Source: Epithemia pelagica (taxonomy: Eukaryota; Protista; Bacillariophyta). From it: 64,000 nucleotides of DNA. Each line of letters opens with the position of its first letter. Positions within the stretch are counted from its first letter, which is position 1. Below are positions 54,484 through 64,000 of the stretch, piece after piece. The DNA is taken from positions 5,518,001 through 5,582,000 of the forward strand of contig OX337228.1 in NCBI GenBank assembly GCA_946965045.2, read 5' to 3'. The notes under the pieces were generated by a model. The model was not told the DNA's origin. It did not search any database and worked only from the letters and a program-made list of their open reading frames with translations. The position numbers were made by a program, and so were the translations under genes.

Positions 54484-56157
54484 ACGGTTTTTGCTTGTTA
54501 TTGTGAATTGTGAGTCCAACAGAAGTATCGCTCCCCTCTTGTTGAGTCTCTGAGTCCTTTTGTTAAAAGTGAGATCACTCAAATGTATATTTGGCAGCAG
54601 CTGTATTACTAGTTCACATTAGTCTTGAAGAACTTGACTATTCCTAGGTGAGAAATGTAGGTTGTAACTTCCTTTCTACCTTTGTAAACCATGGACGCCG
54701 AAATGTCAGAGTCTGACAAGATGTCGGGTTAGGCAAGTCCCTTTGATATTTTATATTGAAATCAACTTAATCTTATCATCAGTGGAACATTTGATCAGAG
54801 AAGTAAATTTCAAGACACAGATTGCTCGTATGTCGGGACAAATTACAATACGACGTTCGACAACTGAATCTTCTATCATCTAGTTTGTGAGAGAACGGTT
54901 ACAGTGACCAGACACGATCGACTGGCACGTTGTCTACCGCTGCTGTGGGGATCCACAGCTTTGTGTATCATTATTCATCTTTCATATTCGACGTTTGAAG
55001 TACTCGTGTTCCATCTGAGCGGTGGATATTGTTTGACCAACTCTTGTGTGAATATGGCTAGTTCTGAATGCAGAGTATGATGGTCTTTTGTCCTTGATCC
55101 TCCTCCGTCCTGGTCATTTCGATTTCAGTGGCTTGTGTGGTGGAGAGAGTGACTATCTACCTAGTTATTTAAGCGACTGGACGTGTCCGAAGATGTCCGG
55201 AGACTAGAACATAAAAGAAAGACTGTCACCAAGTCTGATGGGTGTAACTTCTTCCATCAAATACGGATTTGTCGCCTTCTTTCTGCAATCGAAGTATTCA
55301 TGCAATTGCTTTGACTTTCGTCCTTGTTTGTGTTGACTTTGTTCGCCGTCAATCTTGATAGTCGGTCCATGTCCGCTTGTTTTGGTCTTTTTCTTATGAG
55401 AGGGACAGGGTCGTTTGCCATTCACTGGCTATGTGTGATGGATTGCCACTCATCGGCCATGTGTGATGTGTGATGGATTCCCAAATCGGAACAAGATGTG
55501 GGAGGGTGGAGTCTTCGACAGAATCGACCTTTTGTTAGCGAATCGAGATGACCCTACCTCTACCCAGTAGGCACTAAGGATAGCGGTTCGAACTTTGTAG
55601 AGGGATTCGAGGTTTCCATATGCGTTTGAGTTCAACAACGTTGTGGATTGAATCCCCCCAGGTCGGATCGAGTTTCTTGATGGGAGATGGGAGTGAATCT
55701 CAATCAACTTTTTCGTCTCCACGGAACTATTTCGCATGTAGATGTCTTGGTTTCATAATGTTTCTTCGTTCTGATTACTGATGATTATTTTACTTTCATC
55801 GCAATCCCAAAGATCGAGAAGAGAGGGGACAAGGGACAACACAAGGACAACAGAAACAAAAGAAAAAGATATGGCCAGTGCCTCCGAGACAAAATTCGTT
55901 TGTTCCGACCCGCGCGGAATCTAACGGCTGATGGAGCAGTCATTCCGTTGCGCGCAAGCAGGCGTTCTTGAAGGTCGCTGCCACACAAAATACCAGACGC
56001 GACATTTTCCATTTGCTTTTTTGGCGTGTCTCTCCAAAACGTGTTTCTGAAGAAATCCAAAACTGGACACACTCCCCTTGACCTTGACAGAATCTGGAGA
56101 GGGGAAATCGAACAAGCCCCAGCACTAAAATAATATCGAACAAGCACATACTCTGAA

Positions 56158-57736
56158 ATGGACGACTATTATCATCCAAGTGATCCCTATGATGACGATA
56201 TTGTGTACGGGGGGCAATCAGATGAGCAAGACGATGAAGAGGATGTATATTACATTTCTCAGAACAAAGATGAGTTGGACGGAGACGAGGCACTTGAAGC
56301 ACCTTCACCGCCAGTCGATTTCAACGACCCCGATATTGCGGCATTACCAAGGATTTTGCTAATGGGACCTCGTCGAGGTGGGAAAAGCAGTATACAGGTA
56401 TGTGGTCGATCATAGCTTGTTCCTTTGGTTGGAGGAGAACTTCCCCCAGAAGCACTTTGACGAACCCTTGTGCCACTCCAACCTCAGACCCACTTATATT
56501 TGCTGTTCTACAAGGCATTATTCTCACTGGCTAGTCTGCTGTTGTTCCTGCTTGCAATCGTTGAATGTGTGTCGCATTCATTCCCCTTTCGCGCACTCCA
56601 TAGAAGTGTGTATTTGAGAAAATGTCTCCTCATGAAACACTGTTTCGTTTGGAACCGACTCATACTCTAGAGCGTGCATTGATAGACCATACTCCACTTT
56701 GTCGGTTCACCATTCAAGACTTTCCAGGCGACTTCTACGGTGACGACATGAACGACGATGAGGCAATGGCATTATTTGGAAACAAGAGCACCTCTCTTAT
56801 TTTTGTTGTGGACGCCCAAGACGAGCCCTATGATCATGTACTGCAAAGTTTCACCACTGTCGTTACCCGGGCACTAAATGTCAATCCCAATGGTATCACT
56901 GTGGAAGTTTTTATCAATAAGGTTGATGGCGAGTTGTTTTTGTCTGACGAATCCAAGTACGACTGTCGACGCGATATCATGACACAGGTCACCGATGAGT
57001 TGACCGACGTTGGTATCCCAGATGGGAGTTTGGCAATACGATATCACCTCACATCAATCTACGACCATTCCATATTCGAAGCAATGTCTAGGGTTTCCCA
57101 ACGTCTGATACCCCAGTTACCTGTTCTCGAAAATTTACTCAATGTTTTAACAGCTACATGTAGCATGGTGAGTGGTTTTACTCTTGAGACAGCGTACACT
57201 TTGTCCCGAGCTTGTTGCTGATACTGGCTTGTGTGCAGGAAAAGGCGTATCTTTTTGACGTGGTTAGCAAATTGTATATAAGCACTGACTCGGGACCAGT
57301 CGATACGCAATCCGTAGAGCTCTGCAGTGACATGATCGATTTGTTCTTGGATGTTTCTGGGATATACGGGTTGTCTGGAACAGTGTCCACTGAGGCAGCA
57401 ACCGATATACCCTCGAAATTGGTTAGCCAAGCCGCTGCCGGCGAATTGGAGGAAGACTTCATTGGAGTGGGTGACAACGGCGAGTCGTCTACTTCGGCTT
57501 ACGACCAAGATTCAGCGTCCGTCATTCGCTTATCAAATGGAATTGTCCTTTACCTCAAGGAAGTTGACACAATGTTGGCCTTGGTTTGCATCACACGCGC
57601 GGAAAACTTTTCTCGTCGATCGTTGATCAACTACAACATTGCTAGTCTGAAACGGGCACTTCGATCAATCGTACAACCAGCGGAGGCGGCTCGACAGAAC
57701 GGCAGCGGTGGTTCACCTACGGTCACGGTAGAATAG
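56158..57736 (+). CDS. RRAGC: Rag GTPase C/D (Gtr2) family
   Basis: Exons 56158-56397, 56604-57167 and 57239-57736. Motifs: GPRRGGKSSIQ|KCVFEKMSPHET, DFPG, FINKVDG, LTSIYDHSIFEA, and a roadblock domain with LIDYN-like LINYN. Confidence 0.95.
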
Positions 57737-58662
57737 ACTGGTTTTCGTAGGACTCCAAAGGGAAATCATCTTGAACTGTGGAGCGTCACAAATCAGAAAT
57801 GCCTCAAGATGGCCTGGTGCCAATGTCAAGTATGTCGACATAGGATAAGCCTTTAGTAGGACGAGTCCGTAAGACTTGCAATGCATGCATCAAATTTCTT
57901 GGCTTCAGAAGTCATCTTTCTGTTCTCATCCTCCAGCCATGGTGTGCTCCTAGCTACTCCCATTTCCCATTACCCAATGCCTAACTCGCTCATTTGGGAA
58001 ATTGGAAATTCCCAGAATCTCCTTTTTCCTTTTACAAGCTGAGTTCAGACAGAATGTTCCTGACGTAGCGCTCCAGTAGGAAATCTACGTAATCCGCGCG
58101 AGCCATCCCCTTAATATAGCCCTTCTATTTATGCCTCTACCGTTCTACCAAAAATTGACCATGGTGAACGGTCCTTTTGACCGATCTCTTGCCAAATAGG
58201 AGACGGCTCCATGATCCCATGCTCTGAACCTCTTCTCCATTCATGGGTTGAGCATGGAGAACGATGTCGGCGCTGCATTCGTTTTGTAGGTGTCGTTTTA
58301 TCTAGTTGAAGGTGGTCGCCGCGCGATTTACTACGGCGACTCACGGCAAAACTTGGTGCAACCAATGCACCTCTATTGTAGAATCGAATGATAGAAGATA
58401 GAACAAAGACTATGAACACTTGTAGCGTTGTTCACGTCAAAAATTGATATTCTTCTCGTTAGATATATGGAACTTAGACTAGAAGTTGCGTCGTTCACAA
58501 CAAAGATTGATGTTCTTTTCTTTGTTGTGACTCACACAGCCGTACCTGAACGCAATGTATTGTACGGTAAACGTAACACAACTATAGAATTAGATCGTAT
58601 TCATAGAGAATGAAGATCCTACTCAAATGATAATCATAAAACGCTGCTACATTGTTCACTAT

Positions 58663-59235
58663 CTAGGCTTGTTGATGATTAAAGAAGAGATTTTGAAGCG
58701 GGTGCTTGAGCATCATCGCACCAAGCGAAATGTTGAAGCGATCCATATCCTTGCTGCCCATGTAGATTGTAACGACCTGGGGTTCCATGCAGGCTTTAGG
58801 GTTGATGGAGCAGCGTGTGTAGAGGCGGATGCGTCCCATGGGAGGTCCGTTCTTGCTCGTCTTTCCAGAGACCTGGTCCAGGTGCGACAGAGCAATGAAC
58901 CCAACTGGAACAACCAACGCTGGTTCCTCATGCTCGCTTGTTGCATCCCGGTCAAAGACTGCAATCCGTAGGTAGTCGGTCGCAAGCTCCCGCTGCACAA
59001 GCAGATGGCCACGGTCGACGATGTTGTGGCCAGTGTCCTTGTTTCTCGACATGGGCCCGATGAGCGCGCAAACATCGCTGGCATAAAAGCACGACTTGAA
59101 CGGGAGACCAGCACCACCCTCACGGCCATCCTCTTTGTTGAACTCGAACTTTGTCCTCATGTTGGTCATCTTGTTTCTTCTTCCTTGCCTCTTCCTGTCG
59201 TCTCTGTTTGATTGTTCCATTGCACGGCGGGTCAT
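58663..59235 (-). CDS. Orphan protein of unknown function
   Basis: 190-aa ATG ORF with coding-like, C-ending codon bias, divergent from the 59407 gene. Confidence 0.6.
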   Translation of the reverse strand: MTRRAMEQSNRDDRKRQGRRNKMTNMRTKFEFNKEDGREGGAGLPFKSCFYASDVCALIGPMSRNKDTGHNIVDRGHLLVQRELATDYLRIAVFDRDATSEHEEPALVVPVGFIALSHLDQVSGKTSKNGPPMGRIRLYTRCSINPKACMEPQVVTIYMGSKDMDRFNISLGAMMLKHPLQNLFFNHQQA

Positions 59236-59406
59236 TCGGAAGTTGCTTCATGCTGCAAGTTGATTTTGTGGCGCGCGCCGATATTGTTCACGAATGAGCG
59301 CGGGGGGATTCCCTAGATGACACAAGAACGGAGAGCGGGCAACAATCAAACAAACAAACACAACAATCAAACGAACGAATCCCTATTATGTTCTCACTTT
59401 CCAACG

Positions 59407-60313
59407 ATGCGCCAGACGCGTAGTGCTACCAAACGAGCTGAGTCTGCGAAGAAGGAGCAGGAGGACTCCGCCGCAGCTCCCTCCACAACCGCATTTCCCT
59501 CCGACAAGGGAAACAAGGGAAACAAGGCAAACAAGAAAATGAAGACAAAGACGGCCGTGGACAACAAAACGTCGAAGAAGAAGAAGACGACGACGACGAA
59601 GTCTCCCGCTTCGACAAAGAAGCATGTGACCTTCAACCTTGAGGGTCCTTCGTCGTGGCACGAGCGCGCAAAACAGTGGCAACTCACCATTGGGGATGAA
59701 GATGGTATCCCAGTGTTCTTCGTCAGCAACAAGGACGTCGAATGCGCTAACCTGTCGGATATCGCGGCAGAGCTCCTTGCGATCGAGGCTGTCGGCAAAG
59801 AAGGTAAGTTTGATTGTTCATTGTTGGTTTTGAGTCTCCCTTTCTCACGACGCGCCCTCTGCTGCCACAGACACCAAACCCAACAGCAAGCCCGACAACA
59901 AGCCCGACAGCAAGCCCGAGAAGGAGATCAAGAAGGAGGACGACGTCGAGAACAAGACTCCAGAGTCTTATGTGACCCCGAAGAAAGTAACTTCTTCCCC
60001 GAAAGTGGCGTCTCGAGCTTTCGCACTGACCCCCTCCCAGAAGCATGCTTTCCAGCGTCGGATTGCTGAGGAACAGGTGAAGGAAAGTGGAGCGACAGAC
60101 CCTCGCCAGACTTTGAATGAGTCGCTGGCATTGGGAGAAAACATCCCGTCGTCTCCTCCTTTGTTCTTTAGCAATCCTTCCCGTGCATACCGGACATCCA
60201 TTGATTCGTATGCCGATGATGGATTTCTCGAGACCCAAGAAGACTTCATCGGTACGCAGCAAAACGGGCTTTTTGGTCCCGATTACTTGGATCATGAGGA
60301 CGAGGCGTACTAG
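59407..60313 (+). CDS. Orphan Lys-rich protein with short tandem repeats
   Basis: Exons 59407-59803 and 59871-60313; intron 59804-59870 (GTAAGT...CAG) is in frame. 279 aa, with 9-bp (KGN) and 12-bp (xxKP) repeats. Confidence 0.7.
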
Positions 60314-60342
60314 ATATCTACTGATGGACGTTTTAGGTATCC

Positions 60343-60633
60343 TTAATCACTAAATATGAATCGATTTGTCATCATGGTAGTGCTTCTACAGTCATTCTTG
60401 TTGTGATTATCATCATTGTCGTCGTCCAAGTCCTCGTCATTGTCGTGGCTATCATTGTCGTCGTTGTATTGTAGTCGTCCTTGTTGTAGCTATCATCGCT
60501 CATCTTGTTTGTCCTCTTCATCATCATCGTCATCGTCGTTATCCAGCTTGCCAGTGTCGGTAGTTGGGTCCCGGTTTGCGGGCACGCCTCGTATGGATGT
60601 ACGAGGGAGTTTTAGTAGAACTCTCACCGAAAA
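60343..60633 (-). pseudogene. Decayed acidic (Asp/Asn-rich) ORF fragment
   Basis: The frame reads ...GKLDNDDDDDEEDKQDER**LQQGRLQYNDDNDSHDNDEDLDDD..., with tandem TGA TAG at 60495-60490. Confidence 0.5.
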
Positions 60634-61417
60634 TCATCGGTTAGGTTCGGCACCTCATCGGTTAGTCGAGTCCCGTGGCTTCAAACATCACCTACATCAC
60701 CTACATCCACACTACATACCTAGCTTCGCGCTAGCTCAACCTATATTTCGGTCGCATATACCAAAAAGTGAGAACAGATTGACGAACGTGCTATCACGAA
60801 TCAACTTTGGTCTTGATATCCCATCAACGGATGATCATCCGTTGAACATCCAAGCCTGACCTATGCCCTAAGCGTGCGCGCCCAAATTCGTCAAGATGCG
60901 CGCAAGAACTATCCGAGCGTGGCGATCATGTATCCGACCCAACGGTCTAAGTACACAAGGCACGAATCACGATCACGCGAGACCATATCATCGTTCCCAC
61001 TATTTCAAGATTGCAAACAAGGACGCGCCAACAAAACTACAAATACCAACTTTAGCCAAGAATCGTTGAGGCTGTATATGATATACAAGCACATATACAT
61101 GTTATATACCTCACATACATCAACTCCAACCATTCCAGACCTATCACCGCCAAGAACCTATTTCACACGATCGACAACAAGAATGGAAATCTCACACACC
61201 AAACCTAGTAGTAAGCTCACAATCATTAACATTACCATATCATCACGTCTTCAGTGTCCTGACTATCCCTACGATAGAACCCTTGGGTTTCCTTTGTTCT
61301 CTGACCCGTGGAGAACCTTGGTATCAGTTGGTAATCGATTGTGGCTCTTCTAGAGCGTGTACTGACGGAATTCTACTAGATTAACAGTCTCACCTGTCTC
61401 ATTTCCCCAAAGTTTAC

Positions 61418-62197
61418 ATGTCCAGTGACTCCAATACTCCTGTCCGTCGGATCTACAACGCTTTCCAGCAGAGTGGTGACCCAACACAGCAGATTGCCGT
61501 CCACCCTGGCGAATTCCTCATCGAGACGCCCTCTAACTCCCCGGAGAAGGCTAGCGCGCCTAATCCGTTCCAGACTCCCGATCAAGTCGTCCCTCCGCCG
61601 TCCGACCCGAATCGCCCGCCGAACACCCTTGCACGCCGACCGAGTACACCTCGTCGCCCGAACCCAACTCGCACCCGACGTACGAGCCGTCTCATCAACG
61701 CGCACCTCCGTTACTTCCGCGAGCCATCCGAGTATCAGAGCGACCCGGACCACATCCGTTCGACGCTCGAACACGAGGTCTCGTTCGAGTCCGTCCAACC
61801 CGTCGTCGACCTAGAGGATATCCAACGACTCCTAGACTTGCTATGCCAATCTCCAAGCTACCGATACATAGCGACGACCCTATCGACCACCCCATCAGGC
61901 TGCCTTCGGGTACGCTTCCTTACTTTCCAGCGTCCGGTCAATTACTTCCATACCATTTGGGTCGTGAACAAGACTAACCAACCTCTTCCTACCTTGACTA
62001 CCCGTCTCGACGACTACGTTGGTTTCATCCACGTTATCAAGTTGCACCAGGACTTCCGTGCCACTATCTTCCCTCTACTCACCCAACCAGTGAACCACCT
62101 AGTTGAGGACCACAACGGCAACGAAGAAGCTACCTCTGTTACTGAGTCTCCGATTCAACTTGATTACCACAACGAGCCCAGAAGTGACCACGTTTAA
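61418..62197 (+). CDS. Orphan ORF, probably transposon-associated
   Basis: 259-aa ATG ORF with a Pro/Arg-rich N-half and globular C-half. Its composition is strongly C-rich, unlike the host genes. Confidence 0.6.
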   Translation: MSSDSNTPVRRIYNAFQQSGDPTQQIAVHPGEFLIETPSNSPEKASAPNPFQTPDQVVPPPSDPNRPPNTLARRPSTPRRPNPTRTRRTSRLINAHLRYFREPSEYQSDPDHIRSTLEHEVSFESVQPVVDLEDIQRLLDLLCQSPSYRYIATTLSTTPSGCLRVRFLTFQRPVNYFHTIWVVNKTNQPLPTLTTRLDDYVGFIHVIKLHQDFRATIFPLLTQPVNHLVEDHNGNEEATSVTESPIQLDYHNEPRSDHV

Positions 62198-62206
62198 CGC
62201 CATTCG

Positions 62207-62266
62207 TAAGCGAGTAGCGTATAGCTGTCTCCCATATAAGCGAGACAGCTATACGCTACTCGCTTA
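62207..62266. repeat. Perfect 25-bp inverted repeat with a 10-nt loop
   Basis: TAAGCGAGTAGCGTATAGCTGTCTC (62207-62231), loop CCATATAAGC, then its exact reverse complement (62242-62266). Confidence 0.97.
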
Positions 62267-62562
62267 ACTTCGACTTTCATTAACTTCATCAAAAACCAAA
62301 GTCTGTCAAATCTGACTTCTTCGTTGGAAAGATCTTGAAATTCTGAATAACTTCATATATGATAGTATACAGTAAATACACAGTCATTAGCGTGATATTT
62401 CGCTTTGAAAAATTGACGATTTTCCTCAATTTTGTTCATTTCGATCATCCTTCGCCCATGGCCCAACTTTGTACTCTTATACATATCTACCATTTGGGCC
62501 GATCGTTGCAGGATTCTCCATTCCGACGGTCCTTATAGTGAAGAAGACGTCCACGAAAGGCA

Positions 62563-64000
62563 ATGTCGTCTGCAGTTGTACCTACGGAGAACGACGATCA
62601 CGAGTCCTCACAGCCGAATTCGTCACAGTCACTCCTCGATGAAGATACTGATCAACCCGTCGCACCTCAAGCCCATACCTATCCAGATTCTGACCAACCT
62701 ATTGGTAGAGATCATCACCAACCTCATGTTGACAATGATCAAGATGATGCTGTCGCTATTTCTGCATCACCACAACCAATAGCGAATGCGGATGGCGAGC
62801 CACCCGTCGATGCTGAGCGACCTGTTCCACCTCCACCTCCACACCCTGTCGGAAATATTGCACAAGGACAAGAAACAAATACCGAGACACAAGAACTATT
62901 ACCCGAAGGGGAAAGTCTTCCGGCCCATTTGCCCGGACGAGGTCAATCCACTAAGCCACGTTCCCGATTTAGCTACTCGAAACGGTATCTCGTCTCACCT
63001 GACGATTTTTGGATTCATCCAAACTTCCACGAGGAATTTTGTCGTCGCTTTCGTCGCAACCCTACAAACCGTCCTATCAATCTCGTTGGGAAAATTGCAG
63101 AGTGTCCTACGAAGAAGAATGGAAATGTATATTCCATTGTATGGGACAATTCAACACTCTCATCTCTCGAGGTTCCACAGAATTGGATCAAATCTCAATT
63201 CACCTCCAACTCTACAGTAAAAGACAAACTTCGTCAATGTATTCAAGAGTACAACCCAAGTCAACATGGCCGGGGAAACCAACCATCTCAAACACAACAA
63301 TCGCAACAAACAAGCCAGTTGCAAACGCACCAACCAAACCAAACTTCTGTGGTGGAGAATCAACAAAACAATTACATGAACAACAACAATGCACAACCTC
63401 CTGTTGTTCAGCGTCGCGGATCAACACAACAGCCTCCACCTCCTTCCACAGCAGAGCGCGCACGACACCGAGCCGCAATCAGGAATGTTCCGGAATCTTC
63501 TCTTAGACGCTCTCCTCGCCGTCATTCTCGTCGCAGCTCAACATCCAACCCGCCATCCACTCAAGAAAGAGCCCAAGGACGGGCAGCTCTAATGACTGCT
63601 CCTAACGGCGGCCCTTCTCCGTCAGAAAATGGGAACGATGAAAACAACGATACCCCAACCACCCAAGTTCCAACCCGTCTTTTCGGCAGTACAAGTACTT
63701 CTGTATCTACAAGAGCTTCGGCAGCTGCACGGCGACAGCGTCGACAGGAAGAAAACACAGAAGACGATGCATCAGAGAATGGGGAAGATTCTTCGTCTGA
63801 CGAGGACGACAATGGTGGGTATGAACTGGATTTCAATGCCACAGTTCATAGGAATGTCGATCCCTTAGATGACTATGACGACAATGATGACAATAATGAA
63901 GACGAAGAAAATGTTGTCCAAAGCGACGACTCGGAATCAACAGACGACGACGACGATCCCAACAATTCAACAAATCTGAAAGTGCTCATAGACAATCTAC
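62563..64000 (+). mobile_element. Long ORF open to the window end; probable N-terminus of a DNA-transposon protein
   Basis: Manual translation from ATG 62563 (MSSAVVPTENDD...) gives 479 codons with no stop. It is a disordered Pro/Gln/Asp-rich sequence with one compact segment (LVGKIAECP..NVYSIVWD..VPQNWIK) and an acidic tract. No catalytic domain lies inside the window, so the TE identity is inferred. Confidence 0.45.

Noticed and set aside
55466-55696. Protein-looking plus-strand frame (MCDGFPNRNKMWEGG...) as a pseudogene
   Set aside because: Four stops in about 77 codons is what random sequence gives, and no family was recognised.
62207-62290. Helitron 3' end or CRESS-DNA virus origin for the hairpin
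   Set aside because: There is no CTRR terminus shortly downstream, the loop lacks NANTATTAC, and no Rep/HUH ORF is visible.
1-64000. tRNA, rRNA, CRISPR arrays, telomeric repeats, LTR retrotransposon pol domains
   Set aside because: None were seen by eye. A tRNAscan/Rfam run would be needed to exclude small RNAs.

Overview
This is a gene-dense eukaryotic window from a diatom, probably a pennate one. The evidence is short GT-AG introns (mostly 67-95 nt), bipartite signal-plus-transit plastid presequences with ASAFAP-type cleavage sites, and mitochondrial lower-glycolysis enzymes. About 30 spliced gene models can be built by hand, and each keeps its reading frame. They include two CysRS, three Mpv17/PMP22 proteins, Wee1/Myt1 kinase, mitochondrial ACP, ERGIC3, plastid Der, a BAF-like protein, RPT5, a DUF760 protein, PSAT, an sPUB-like protein, a class IV aminotransferase, a WW-domain protein, PGAM, a CAMK-type kinase, a mitochondrial carrier and RagC/D. 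The most striking structure is a Calvin-cycle bisphosphatase cluster at 24.1-29.2 kb: a plastid-targeted SBPase plus two head-to-head plastid FBPases. Both FBPases need a single-nucleotide exon (AG|C|GTAAGT, at 26573 and 28450) to build the catalytic DPLDGS motif. Two further head-to-head paralog pairs occur: EXECUTER/DUF3506-like genes and Cys-rich membrane proteins. From about 58 kb to the end is an accessory, probably mobile-element-derived region with orphan ORFs, a decayed acidic ORF, a perfect 25-bp hairpin and a long ORF running off the window. No tRNA, rRNA or CRISPR features were seen. All family assignments come from motif recognition by eye, not database searches.
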